Shown here one piece after another: positions 1-9,237 of a stretch of 64,000 nucleotides of DNA; the first letter of the stretch is position 1; every line of letters starts with the position of its first letter. The notes under the pieces are model-generated. The model did no database searches. It was not told where the DNA came from and saw nothing but the letters and a program-made list of their open reading frames with translations. Made by a program: the position numbers and the translations under genes. The stretch covers positions 53,568-117,567 of the forward strand of contig CAVRXE010000008.1 of assembly GCA_963725055.1 (NCBI GenBank). The letters are read 5' to 3'. The DNA is from Candidatus Deferrimicrobiaceae bacterium. GTDB taxonomy: Bacteria > Desulfobacterota > Deferrimicrobia > Deferrimicrobiales > Deferrimicrobiaceae.

Positions 1-846
1 TCGCCGGGAGACGAGGTGGTGATCCTCGCCCCCTACTTCGTGGAGTACCTCTTCTACATCCGCAACGCCGGGGGGACGCCGGTCGTGGCGGAAACGGATG
101 CGCGGTTCCAGCTCGACCTGGCGGCCATCGAAGCGGCCCTCACCCCGAAGACGCGCGCGATCCTCATCAATACGCCGAACAACCCGACGGGCGCCGTCTA
201 CCCCGGGGAGGACCTCGCCGCCCTCGACCGGGCGCTGTCCGCCGCGGAGAAGCGATTCGGGAACCCGATCTACGTGATCTCCGACGAGCCGTACCGGAAG
301 ATCGTCTTCCGGGGGGTGTCGTCCACGCCGGCCGCCGCGACGATCCGCAACGCCCTGGTGGCCTATTCGCACTCGAAGGACCTGAATCTCCCGGGCGAGC
401 GGATCGGCTACCTCGCGGTCTCACCGCGCGCGGCGGACGCGGCCGAGGTGGTGGAGGCGTGCGTCTTCTGCAACCGGGTGCTCGGGTTCGTCAACGCCCC
501 GGCCCTCTTCCAGCTCGCCGCGTCGAAATTCGAGGACGAGCCCGCCGACGTCTCGGTGTACCAGGAGAACCGGGACGTTCTGCTCGACGCCTTGCGGCGG
601 GCCGGGATCGACGTCGTCCCGCCCGGGGGGGCGTTCTACCTGTACCCGAAGTCCCCGGTCCCCGACGAGATGGCATTCGTCGCCGCGGCGCGCGACGAGG
701 GGATCCTCGTCGTCCCGGGGTCCGGGTTCGGGAGAAGCGGCCATGTCCGCGTCGCCTACTGCCTCTCCCCGGAAACGGTGAGGCGCTCGGTCGCCGCGTG
801 GGAGCGGCTCGGGCGCCGCTATTCCGGCGGGGAGGGACGGCGATGA
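1..846 (+). CDS. Class I/II (AspC-like) PLP-dependent aminotransferase, 5-prime truncated at the window edge
   Basis: ORF 16..846 has codon-biased translation with the conserved aminotransferase C-terminal half (SHSKDLNLPGERIGY, GGAFYLYP). There is no start codon in the window. Confidence 0.75.
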   Translation, partial: SPGDEVVILAPYFVEYLFYIRNAGGTPVVAETDARFQLDLAAIEAALTPKTRAILINTPNNPTGAVYPGEDLAALDRALSAAEKRFGNPIYVISDEPYRKIVFRGVSSTPAAATIRNALVAYSHSKDLNLPGERIGYLAVSPRAADAAEVVEACVFCNRVLGFVNAPALFQLAASKFEDEPADVSVYQENRDVLLDALRRAGIDVVPPGGAFYLYPKSPVPDEMAFVAAARDEGILVVPGSGFGRSGHVRVAYCLSPETVRRSVAAWERLGRRYSGGEGRR

Positions 847-1888
847 CCGTCGTCTTCCGGCGAAACGTCTCCCGCATGGAGGGGTACGTCCCCGGGGAGC
901 AGCCCCGGGAGCGTGACTTCATCAAGCTGAACACGAACGAGAACCCGTACCCCCCCTCGCCGAAGGTGCGCAAGGCGATCCTCCGGGAACTGGGGGAGCC
1001 GCTGCGCCTCTATCCCGACCCCGGGGCCACCGCGCTGCGGCGCCAGGCGGCACTGACGTACGGCTTCGACCTGCCGGGGGTGATCGCGGGGAACGGCTCG
1101 GACGACCTGCTGTCGATGATCGCGAGGGCGTTCGTGGGCGAGGGGGATCTCCTCGCCTGCCCCGTGCCCACCTACACGCTCTACGACACCCTCGTCCGCA
1201 TCCAGGGGGGAAACTCGCGGGGGTCCCGTACCCGGACGACTACTCCCTCCCCCGGGGGCTTGCCGGGAAAAAGGCGCGCGTGACGATCGTCGCGAACCCG
1301 AATTCGCCGTCGGGGACCGCCGTGCCGGTCCGCGCCCTCGCGGAGCTTGCCGACGCCGTCCCCGGCCTGCTGGTCGTCGACGAGGCGTACGCCGACTTCG
1401 CGGACGAGACCGCCCTCGCGCTCGCCAGGGAACGGCGGAACGTGATCGTCCTGCGGACGCTTTCCAAGTCGTTCTCCCTCGCGGGGATGCGGATCGGGCT
1501 AGGGTTCGCCCACCCGCGGATCGTCGAGGGGCTGGACAAGGTGCGCGACTCGTACAACCTGAGCCGCCTGGCGATCGCCGCGGGGGCCGCGGCGCTCGCG
1601 GACACCGGGTGGATGGAACGGAACGCGGCGAGGATCCGGGAAACCCGCGAGGCCCTGGCGGCCGCCCTTCCCGGGGTGGGGTTCACGCCGTTCCCGTCGC
1701 AGAGCAACTTCATCCTCGCCCGGCGCACGCGGGGAGGATCGGCCCGGCCGGTCTACGAGGCGCTCAAGCGCCGGAAGATCCTCGTTCGGCACTTCGACAC
1801 CCCGCGGCTCGCGGGTTGCCTCCGCATCACCGTCGGGACGGACGACGAAATCGCCGCGCTCCTCGGCGCGCTGAAGGCGGTCCGGTAA
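843..1888 (+). CDS. hisC: Histidinol-phosphate aminotransferase, apparently interrupted by a 1-bp frameshift in a G6 run at about 1203-1210
   Basis: The N-terminal part (MTVVF...NTNENPYPPSP...IAGNGSDDLL) is in frame 0 and starts at ATG 843, overlapping the upstream stop. The C-terminal part (KARVTIVANPNSPSGT...RITVGTDDEI) continues in frame +2 with no gap. The join is inside cagggggggaaa. Confidence 0.75.
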
Positions 1889-1906
1889 GAACCGATCGCC
1901 GCATCC

Positions 1907-2854
1907 TCAAAGGGTCACGACCCAGTTCCCCCCGCCTTCCCGGTTCCTCCACCGCACCTCGAAGCCGCCGCCCGGCCGCCGCGAGACGGTCTGGAAGCAG
2001 TACTCCACCCCGCTCCCCGAAGGCCCGAACACGAACGCCTCGAAGACCCGCGGAACCGGCAGGAGGGAAAGGGCCGCCTCCCTCGCCGCGAGAAACGCCG
2101 CCCGGTCTTCCGCGAAAAATTCCTCTGCCGCGGCGAACGGGCCGGACGCAAACCCCTTGGCCTCCATGAGGGAGACGTTCGTGGCCCGCCAGGCGGAGTC
2201 GCCCCAGATCAACCGGGCGGAGACGACGATCCCTTCGGGATCGGGGAAGGGGATGCGGGCGCACGCGATCTTGTCGGCGCGCAGTTTCCCGTCCGCGGAG
2301 AGGTGGTACAGGAAGTACGGCATCGGCCGGCTCTTGAGGACCGAGAGGGCCTCCGGGGCCTCGATGACCGGCGCCGGCCCGTATCCCGCGTCGACGGCGG
2401 CGCGGCAAAGCGACGGGGACGGTTTTTTCCGCATCGCGCCGAAGCCGAACCGGAATTGTCCGGACGCGCGCTCCCCCTCCCCCAGCGGCAGGACCAGGCG
2501 GAAATGCCCGCGTCCCGGAGCGGGCGGAAGGTTCGCCGTCCCCTCCTCGGAAACGCGGTAGAGATCCGCGATCGCATCGTCCGAGGGAACGACCACCTCG
2601 TACCAGGGAGAGAACCGTTCTTCCCCGCCGCGGACGGTGGAGAACCGGTATCGCACGTGGATCCGTTCCCCCTCCCCCGGCTCGGGGAGCGGAAGGTGCG
2701 CCACCCGTCTACCGGGGGTCTCCGACGGAACGACCGCCCGGGTGAAGCGCGACATCGGGACAGCCGACCTTCCGCGCCGCGTCACCTCGGCGTGCAGCAG
2801 GACGATCTCCGGCGGTTCGTCGCCGTCCCGGTACTCTCGTCGAAGAAGAAGCAT
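1907..2854 (-). CDS. Hypothetical protein (315 aa) with no recognisable domain
   Basis: Long ORF with non-artefactual composition (F/Y/W-containing segments). It is the last gene of a minus-strand operon. No motif recognised. Confidence 0.45.
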   Translation of the reverse strand: MLLLRREYRDGDEPPEIVLLHAEVTRRGRSAVPMSRFTRAVVPSETPGRRVAHLPLPEPGEGERIHVRYRFSTVRGGEERFSPWYEVVVPSDDAIADLYRVSEEGTANLPPAPGRGHFRLVLPLGEGERASGQFRFGFGAMRKKPSPSLCRAAVDAGYGPAPVIEAPEALSVLKSRPMPYFLYHLSADGKLRADKIACARIPFPDPEGIVVSARLIWGDSAWRATNVSLMEAKGFASGPFAAAEEFFAEDRAAFLAAREAALSLLPVPRVFEAFVFGPSGSGVEYCFQTVSRRPGGGFEVRWRNREGGGNWVVTL

Positions 2855-2881
2855 CCCTAACCTCCCTCCTTGAATGGAGCC

Positions 2882-3253
2882 TCACTCGTACCCGAGGCGG
2901 GAGAGTTCCTCCTCGTCCATCCCGAAGTAGTGGCCGATCTCGTGCAGCACCGTGATCCGGATCTGTCGGCGCAGCTCGCCCCGGTCCGGGAAATCCTCCA
3001 CGAGCGGCCCCCGGTAGAGGGAGATGACGTCGGGAAGGAGGCCGGAATCCTGGGCCGACCGCTCGGGGAGCGGCACACCGTGGTAGAAACCGTACAACGT
3101 GTCGTCCGGGGGGATATCCAGTTCGTCGAGCAACTCTTTCGGCGGCCACTCCTCGACGACCACGGCGACGTTCGCGAGCGCGTCGTGGAACATCGGCGGG
3201 AGTTCCGAGAGCGCCTCCCGGAGCGCCCGGCTGAAATCGTCTCGTCCCATCAT
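2882..3253 (-). CDS. Small zincin-like metallopeptidase (HExxH; DUF1025-type)
   Basis: 123-aa ORF with the C-terminal motif VLHEIGHYFGMDEEEL, characteristic of the small zincin-like metallopeptidase family. Confidence 0.65.
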   Translation of the reverse strand: MMGRDDFSRALREALSELPPMFHDALANVAVVVEEWPPKELLDELDIPPDDTLYGFYHGVPLPERSAQDSGLLPDVISLYRGPLVEDFPDRGELRRQIRITVLHEIGHYFGMDEEELSRLGYE

Positions 3254-3281
3254 CCCTCCCCCCGGGCAACGTCCCGCTGCA

Positions 3282-3905
3282 CTACTCCGCGTCGATCTCC
3301 TGGAGCGCCTTGAAAAAGGCGGACCACCCGTCGATGTTCGGCAGGATCTCCTTCTCGAGGATGTCCGCCACGGCGTTCCAGTCGTTCGCCTTCTGCGTCC
3401 GGAGGAGCCGCTGGAGGATTCCGGAGGTCGCGTCCGGAGGGGTCGGAAGATCCCGCGCGCCGCCGGGACGGACGGCCAGCGGGAATACGCCGGTCCCGAT
3501 GGCGTTGAAGACCGCCCCGGCCAACTGGAAGAACGTCCCGAGGGACTCGATGCAGGCCGCGTACCGGGGACCCGCCGCCGCGAGGTCCCCCGCGCGCAGG
3601 GACGCCAGGACCGTCACGGCGTCGCGGCGGATGGCGAGGGAGAGGTCGACGGCGCCGTCGAGCGCCTCCCGGAACAGGACGTCGGGGGTCGTCGTCGTGA
3701 TCTCCACCGTGTCGATCTCCCCGGCCGGCCGGTCGGCCATCTCCCGCTCGAACCGCGTCGAGATCTCCCGTCCGTCCGCGACGATCCGGGAGACGACCCG
3801 ACCCTCCGAGGCGACCTTGCGCCCCGCCTCGGCCAGAACGGCGCCGAACGGCGATCCCGCAGGCAGGTCCAGGGAAACATCGCAGCCGTCGATGCGCAAC
3901 CGCAT
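3282..3905 (-). CDS. Hypothetical protein (207 aa) downstream of the flgM-like gene
   Basis: The internal ATG at 3905 gives a plausible protein (MRLRIDGCDVSLDLP...). The upstream part of the 306-aa ORF is Arg/Pro-rich junk. No recognisable domain. Confidence 0.45.
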   Translation of the reverse strand: MRLRIDGCDVSLDLPAGSPFGAVLAEAGRKVASEGRVVSRIVADGREISTRFEREMADRPAGEIDTVEITTTTPDVLFREALDGAVDLSLAIRRDAVTVLASLRAGDLAAAGPRYAACIESLGTFFQLAGAVFNAIGTGVFPLAVRPGGARDLPTPPDATSGILQRLLRTQKANDWNAVADILEKEILPNIDGWSAFFKALQEIDAE

Positions 3906-3970
3906 GGAAAAACGATACGACAACGATGGGTGGCAGGCAATGGAAATCGGGCGGGACGGGAAGCGTGGAA

Positions 3971-4174
3971 TCAGCGGGGGCGTTCGCGGAGTTCCCGGAG
4001 GGCGTCGGAGACCATCTTCCCGGCGACCAGTCTCCCGTCGACGCGGTACGTCCCGTCCAGGAGGGCCGACCGGATCTCCTCGATCCGTCGCGCCCGGCCC
4101 TCGGACAGCACGTCGACCGCCCGGCGCGTCTCGTCGAGCAGCGCGCCCCACTTTCCACGATCGGAAACTTTCAC
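3971..4174 (-). CDS. flgM: Short FlgM-like anti-sigma-28 factor (C-terminal FlgM domain only)
   Basis: The C-terminal 60 aa of ORF 3971..4405 read VDVLSEGRARRIEEIRSALLDGTYRVDGRLVAGKMVSDALRELRE. This matches the conserved FlgM C-terminal helix pattern. There is a GTG start with GGAGGGG immediately upstream. The rest of the ORF is the antisense of the response-regulator promoter region. Confidence 0.45.
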   Translation of the reverse strand: MKVSDRGKWGALLDETRRAVDVLSEGRARRIEEIRSALLDGTYRVDGRLVAGKMVSDALRELRERPR

Positions 4175-4279
4175 AGCCCCTCCGTTCCGCCGCCGGCGGC
4201 ACGATGGCCGCGTCCTATCCTTATCGACGGGCCGGATCGGAAACTTTACCCGGGGGGGGCGATTCTGTACACTGGACCC

Positions 4280-5677
4280 AATGAAGAAATCCCTCCTGAT
4301 CGCCGAGGACGAGGAAGTCACGCTCGCCCTCCTTCGAAACGTGTTCGGGAGCTCCGACCTCCTGGTCCACGAGGCCCGCTCCGGGGAGGAAGCCCTCCAG
4401 CACATCGATCAGCACCCCGTCGACGTGATCCTCACCGACCTGAAGATGCCGGGGACGGACGGGCTCGCGGTGCTCGCCCACGCCCGGAAGGTCCGTCCCG
4501 GGGCCGAGGTGATTCTCATGACGGGGCACGCGTCGGTCGAATCCGCCGTCCGGGCGATGAAGCTGGGCGCGTTCCACTACATCACCAAACCGTTCGACAT
4601 CGACGAGGTCGTCCAGCTCGTGGGCCGGGCCCTCGAGCTCGCCAGCGTGCGCAGGGAAAACGTGAGTCTCCGTTCCCTTGCCCGGGGGCGGGGGGGCTGG
4701 AAAACTTCATCGGCGTGAGCGAGGCGACGAAGGAGGTCCTCTCCCTCGTCCGGAAGGTGGCCGACACCGACTCCACGGTCCTGATCACGGGGGAGAGCGG
4801 GACGGGGAAGGAGCTCATCGCGCGGGCCCTTCACTACCTTTCCCCGCGCTCCGAACGCATGCTCGTCCCCATCAACTGCTCCGCCATCCCCGCCGAACTG
4901 CTTGAGAGCGAGCTGTTCGGGCACATGAAGGGCGCGTTCACGGGGGCCCACGCCACGCGGCCGGGAAAATTCGAGGCGGCCCACAACGGCACGATCTTCC
5001 TCGACGAGATCGCGGAGATGAGCCCGCCGCTGCAGTCGAAGCTTCTCCGGGTGCTGCAGGAGAAGTCGGTCACCCCCGTCGGTGGAAACAGGGCGATCCA
5101 GGTGGACGCACGCGTCATCACGGCGACCAACAGGGATCTCGAGGAGGAGGTCTCCGAGGGGCGGTTCCGCTCCGATCTCTACTTCCGCCTGAACGTGATC
5201 CCCATCCGGATCCCGCCGCTCCGGGACCGGCGGGACGACATTCCGCTGCTGGTCGAACACTTCGTCGGGAAGTACAACCGGGAGAAGAGGCGGGCGCTGG
5301 AAGGGGTGCGGCCCGAATCCCTGGAGATCCTGGGCCGCTACACCTGGCCGGGGAACGTCCGGGAGCTGGAGAACCTCGTCGAGCGGATCGTCGTCCTCAA
5401 GGGGACGGGATGGCTGGAGCCGTCGGACATCCCGGAAAAGATCCGGCGGGCCGAGCGGTTCCTCGAGAACGCCATCCCCGTGCTCGGGGATGCGGGCCTC
5501 GACATCAAGAGCGCCACGGAGGACTTCGAGAACGCCCTCATCCGCCAGGCGCTGCATCTCTCGGGCGGGAACAAGAACCGCGCCGCCACCCTTCTGGGCC
5601 TGAAGCGGACGACCTTCGTGGAGATCCTGAAGCGGAAGAGCCTCGACGTCGGGGAGACTCCCGGTCCGGTGAGTTGA
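4280..5677 (+). CDS. Sigma-54-dependent response regulator (NtrC family: REC, AAA+ activator, HTH), apparently frameshifted in a G-rich run at about 4685-4700
   Basis: REC domain from ATG 4280 (MKKSLLIAEDEE...DLKMPGTDG). It then continues in frame +2 with GESGTGKELIARALH, GAFTGA, ESELFGH and a C-terminal Fis-type HTH. The junction lies in cccgggggcgggggggctgg. Confidence 0.8.
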   Translation, partial: NEEIPPDRRGRGSHARPPSKRVRELRPPGPRGPLRGGSPPAHRSAPRRRDPHRPEDAGDGRARGARPRPEGPSRGRGDSHDGARVGRIRRPGDEAGRVPLHHQTVRHRRGRPARGPGPRARQRAQGKRESPFPCPGAGGLENFIGVSEATKEVLSLVRKVADTDSTVLITGESGTGKELIARALHYLSPRSERMLVPINCSAIPAELLESELFGHMKGAFTGAHATRPGKFEAAHNGTIFLDEIAEMSPPLQSKLLRVLQEKSVTPVGGNRAIQVDARVITATNRDLEEEVSEGRFRSDLYFRLNVIPIRIPPLRDRRDDIPLLVEHFVGKYNREKRRALEGVRPESLEILGRYTWPGNVRELENLVERIVVLKGTGWLEPSDIPEKIRRAERFLENAIPVLGDAGLDIKSATEDFENALIRQALHLSGGNKNRAATLLGLKRTTFVEILKRKSLDVGETPGPVS

Positions 5678-7011
5678 CCCCGCTCCGATCCCGGATCGCG
5701 GAAGTCGTCGACGGAATCGGCCTTTCCGTGGAACAGCGGGAGGAGATCCTCCGCCGGCTGGAAACGTGCCTCGACGCCCTGGTGCGCGCAATGGCCGCGG
5801 AGCGGGACGAGCGGATCGAGGCGCTTTCGTCCCGCGTCCGCCAGGCCGAGGAGCAGCTGGCGCAGGCGCAGAAGATGGAGGCGATCGGGCGGCTGACCGG
5901 CGGGATCGCCCACGACTTCAACAACCTCCTGACGGGGATTCTCGGCTACTCTTCGCTCCTCAAGACGTTCCTCCCCGAAAACGGCCGGGGGTACGAGGCG
6001 GCCGCCTACATCGAACGGTCGGCCCGCCGCGCCTCCGAGCTGACCCGGCAGCTGCTCGCCTACTCCCGGCGGGAGGCCCCGACGTTCCGTCCGGTGGATC
6101 TCCGGGAGGTGACCGGCGAGGCGATCGAGATCCTTTCCCGCTCCGTGAACAAGAACGTCGAGATCCACACCGATTTCCATCACCCGCAGGAGCCCGTGTC
6201 GGGCGACGCGGGGACGCTCGTGCAGGCGCTCCTGAACCTCGGGGTCAACGCCTCCGACGCCATGCCCGGCGGGGGACACCTGACGTTCTCCACCTCCCCC
6301 TTCGTTTCCGACGGCGAGGTCTTCCTGAACGACGTCCTCGTTCCCGAAGGGCGGTACGTATCCATCTGCGTGGCCGACACGGGAAGCGGCATCCCGGAGG
6401 AGATCCGCGACGAGGTCTTCGCCCCCTTCTTCACGACGAAGGCGCCGGGCGAGGGGACGGGGCTCGGCCTCTCGATGGTGTACAGCTGCGTCCGTAGCCA
6501 CGGCGGATTCGTGCGCCTCGTGAGCAGCGTCGGCGTGGGCACGACGTTCCAGATCCTCCTCCCGGTCATGGAGGAGTCGGGGGATGCCGACGAGTCGCGC
6601 GAGGACGAGGCGGAGATCCCCCGGGGAACCGAGACCGTGCTCGTCGTCGACGACGAGGAGATCCCCCTGAACCTTCTGTGCGACATGCTTCGATCGCTGG
6701 GGTACACGACCTTGCCCGCGGTGCACGGCGAGGAGGGGATCGAGATCCTTCGCTACGCGCCGGAAAAGGTGGACCTGGTGATCGTCGACCGGATCATGGC
6801 CGGGATGGACGGCATCGAAACCCTTGCACGGCTCCGCGCCATCCGTCCGACCCTCCGGACGATCCTCTGCTCCGGGACCTCCGAAGCCGAGGGAACACCC
6901 TCCTGCGCCGTTCCGAACGGATTCGACGACTTCCTGCAGAAGCCGTACGAGCGGGGGACGCTGGCCCGCACGGTGCGATCCGTTCTCGACGCAAAGATGT
7001 CAAATTTTTGA
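5677..7011 (+). CDS. Cytoplasmic hybrid sensor histidine kinase (HisKA, HATPase_c, C-terminal REC)
   Basis: H-box IAHDFNNLLTGILGY. ATPase motifs DTGSGIP and GTGLGLS. C-terminal receiver with VLVVDDEE...DRIMAGMDG. The start is uncertain (TTG 5677 overlapping the upstream stop, or ATG 5791). No TM segments. Confidence 0.7.
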   Translation, partial: TPLRSRIAEVVDGIGLSVEQREEILRRLETCLDALVRAMAAERDERIEALSSRVRQAEEQLAQAQKMEAIGRLTGGIAHDFNNLLTGILGYSSLLKTFLPENGRGYEAAAYIERSARRASELTRQLLAYSRREAPTFRPVDLREVTGEAIEILSRSVNKNVEIHTDFHHPQEPVSGDAGTLVQALLNLGVNASDAMPGGGHLTFSTSPFVSDGEVFLNDVLVPEGRYVSICVADTGSGIPEEIRDEVFAPFFTTKAPGEGTGLGLSMVYSCVRSHGGFVRLVSSVGVGTTFQILLPVMEESGDADESREDEAEIPRGTETVLVVDDEEIPLNLLCDMLRSLGYTTLPAVHGEEGIEILRYAPEKVDLVIVDRIMAGMDGIETLARLRAIRPTLRTILCSGTSEAEGTPSCAVPNGFDDFLQKPYERGTLARTVRSVLDAKMSNF

Positions 7012-7070
7012 CGGTTTACGGGGAGTATTGACGCCCCGACCGACCGCTCGTCTTTCCTCTGAATAAATAA

Positions 7071-7084
7071 CTGATACATATCAG
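7071..7084. promoter_or_regulatory. Perfect 14-bp palindrome CTGATACATATCAG in an AT-rich stretch about 90 bp upstream of the fliA-like start
   Basis: Read directly from the sequence. Local GC is far below the window average. Candidate regulator binding site. Confidence 0.3.
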
Positions 7085-7176
7085 CAGCTTATATGTTTTT
7101 ACCTGATGGCACAGCGTTTGCTCTCCTGATGGGCGACACGATACTCCACGGACCCCAGGAGACGAGGGCAATCGCC

Positions 7177-7950
7177 ATGTTGCAGGGACAGGCAGCGCGT
7201 TCCAAGGAAAGGATCCGCAAGACATCCCCCCGGAAATCCCGCAAACCCGACCGTGAAGCGATCGTCAACGAGTTCCTTCCGGGCATCCGCATCCACGCCG
7301 CGCGCCTGAAGATGCGCATCCCCCCCCACATAGAGACCGACGATCTCGTCAGCTCCGGCGTCGTGGGACTGCTGGACGCGCTGAACCGGTACGACGACTC
7401 CCGCGGGATCAAGTTCAAGACGTACGCCGAGTTCCGGATCCGGGGGGCCATGCTCGACTACCTCCGCGAAATGGACTGGTTCCCGCGGTCCGCGCGCCAG
7501 CACTCGACCCGGCTGCAGCAGACCTACACCCGGCTCGAAAACATCCTCGGAAGGGCTCCCGACGAAGAGGAGGTCGCGGAGAATCTGGGGGTCACCGTCG
7601 ACGAGCTTCGCAAGCAGCTGGCGACGTTCATGGGGATGACCGTCTTCTCCCTCGACGCGCTCCAGGACGAGGACGAGGAATCCGGCGCGGGGTGGCGTCA
7701 CGTGCTCGCCGAGGCGGCGATGGACGAAAGCCGGGAAGAGGAGCTCACCCGGGAACTGAAGGACGTCCTCGGGAAGGCGATCGAGATGCTCCCCGAGCGC
7801 GAACAGCAGCTGATCGCGTTCTACTACCAGGAGGACCTGACCCTGCGGGAGATCAGCCGGATCTTCGGGCTGGGAGAGCCCCGCGTCTGCCAGCTTCACG
7901 CGCAGGCGGTCTTGAGGCTGAAAGGGAAGATCAACCGCCACTTCCGGTAA
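7177..7950 (+). CDS. fliA: FliA/WhiG-family (sigma-28-type) RNA polymerase sigma factor
   Basis: Region 2 motifs (DLVSSGVVGLLDALNRYD, YAEFRIRGAMLDYLREMDW) and a region 4 HTH (LTLREISRIFGLGEPRVCQLHAQAV). The start is chosen at ATG 7177. The ORF extends to 7093. Confidence 0.7.
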   Translation: MLQGQAARSKERIRKTSPRKSRKPDREAIVNEFLPGIRIHAARLKMRIPPHIETDDLVSSGVVGLLDALNRYDDSRGIKFKTYAEFRIRGAMLDYLREMDWFPRSARQHSTRLQQTYTRLENILGRAPDEEEVAENLGVTVDELRKQLATFMGMTVFSLDALQDEDEESGAGWRHVLAEAAMDESREEELTRELKDVLGKAIEMLPEREQQLIAFYYQEDLTLREISRIFGLGEPRVCQLHAQAVLRLKGKINRHFR

Positions 7951-8020
7951 GGGGCGCCCGACGTGGTAGAATGCCGGACCGCCCGCAGGAAGAGGTCCGG
8001 CATTGCAGGTATCCAAAAGG

Positions 8021-8299
8021 ATGGCCATCCACGGCCTGAACATCTCGATGGCCGTCTTCACCGCCCTTTCCGCCTACGGGCTCCTTCTCTACTTCGAGGG
8101 GGGCGCCGACGCCGCCAGCGCCACCCCCCTGCACGTCACGCTTTCCTACCTCGCGGCGATCGTCGCCTGCATCGCGGGGATCGGCTTCTTCGGCGTGCAG
8201 CTCGACCGCCGCAAGTCGGAGGAGCGCCGGGAGGAGGAAGCCCGCAAGGCCGCGGAGGCGGCGCGGAAAGGTCGCCGGAAACCCGTTCGACCCTCGTAG
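8021..8299 (+). CDS. Small two-TM membrane protein (hypothetical)
   Basis: ORF with two hydrophobic helices and a charged Lys/Glu/Arg-rich tail. Start set at the internal ATG. No homology recognised. Confidence 0.35.
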   Translation: MAIHGLNISMAVFTALSAYGLLLYFEGGADAASATPLHVTLSYLAAIVACIAGIGFFGVQLDRRKSEERREEEARKAAEAARKGRRKPVRPS

Positions 8300-8373
8300 T
8301 TCAGGCAAATTGTGCTTCCGGCTCGCCCTTCGGCTGCGCCGCCTCGGAGCGGGGGCTTCGCCGGACCCTCCCG

Positions 8374-9237
8374 TTACGGGAGGGCGAAGAGGCGCTTCCG
8401 CAGCAGGTCGCGCACCGCCTCCGCCGGCGTCCCGCGCGCGTGGAGCGGCGGGTCGCCCACTCCCGGGTGAAGTTCCTCGAACGCAGGGCGGTCCTCCCGG
8501 CGGTACAGGACGCCGATCGGGATCCGCTTCTCCCATTCCAGCGACAGTTCGAACGCCCGCACCCGGTCGGCCGTGTCATGGTCGGGCGGGATCTTGTACA
8601 CCATCTTCCCGTACCACTCGTACGTGTTCTTCTTGTTGAACGTGACGCACGGCTGCAGGATGTCGACCAGGGCGAACCCCTTGTGCGCGATCGCCCGGAC
8701 CATCAACTCCGCGGTGAACTCGACGTCGGCGGCAAAGCTCCGCGCGACGAACCCGCACCCCAGCGCGATCGCCGCTGCGAGCGGCGGGAAGGGGCCCGCG
8801 ATGACGCCGGCGCGCTGGAGCGACCCCGCCCACCCGGGGTCGCTCGTGGGGGACGGCTGCCCCTTCGTCAGCCCGTACACCTGGTTGTCGTGGACGAACA
8901 CGGCGATGTCGGGGTTGCGCCGGATGTTGTGGACGAGGTGGTTCCCACCCTCGCCGTAGATGTCGCCGTCGCCGCTGGTGACTACGACGGTTAGCGACGG
9001 GTTGGCCATCCGGATCGCCAGCGCGGCGGGCAGGGCGCGGCCGTGGAGCCCGTTGAACACGTTGACGTCCACGTGGTGCGGCAATTTCGCCGCCTGTCCG
9101 ATGCCGGAGACCAGGACGACCTCGTGCTTCGGCTTCCCCGTCCGCTCCAGCGCTTTCTTCACCGCGCCGAGGATCCCGAAATTACCGCACCCGGGGCACC
9201 AGGCGCTCTCCACGTCCGTGTCGAAGGTTCCGCTCAT
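8374..9237 (-). CDS. korB: 2-oxoacid:ferredoxin oxidoreductase, beta (TPP-binding) subunit
   Basis: CPGCGNFGIL, the GDGD TPP-binding motif and overall KorB-like sequence. A 4-nt overlap with the upstream subunit gene. Confidence 0.85.
   Translation of the reverse strand: MSGTFDTDVESAWCPGCGNFGILGAVKKALERTGKPKHEVVLVSGIGQAAKLPHHVDVNVFNGLHGRALPAALAIRMANPSLTVVVTSGDGDIYGEGGNHLVHNIRRNPDIAVFVHDNQVYGLTKGQPSPTSDPGWAGSLQRAGVIAGPFPPLAAAIALGCGFVARSFAADVEFTAELMVRAIAHKGFALVDILQPCVTFNKKNTYEWYGKMVYKIPPDHDTADRVRAFELSLEWEKRIPIGVLYRREDRPAFEELHPGVGDPPLHARGTPAEAVRDLLRKRLFALP

Noticed and set aside
167-1792. Multiple overlapping 80-160-aa ORFs on the minus strand (167..424, 421..744, 491..973, 1240..1728, 1499..1792)
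   Set aside because: Arg/Pro/Gly-dominated translations antisense to well-supported aminotransferase genes. They are typical high-GC open-frame artefacts.
4225-4250. A possible sigma-54 promoter (GGCACG-N-GCCGC) upstream of the response regulator
   Set aside because: The -12 element does not match TTGC(A/T). GG-N10-GC occurs frequently by chance at this GC content.
3971-4405. A full 144-aa ORF as the flgM-like gene
   Set aside because: The N-terminal 75 residues are low-complexity and antisense to the response-regulator promoter. Only the C-terminal 67 aa (GTG start with SD) are kept.
8340-8390. The hairpin ccctcccgTTAcgggaggg as an intrinsic terminator
   Set aside because: The stop codon of korB lies in its loop. 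No U-tract follows on either strand. It is noted only as part of the repeat fragment context.
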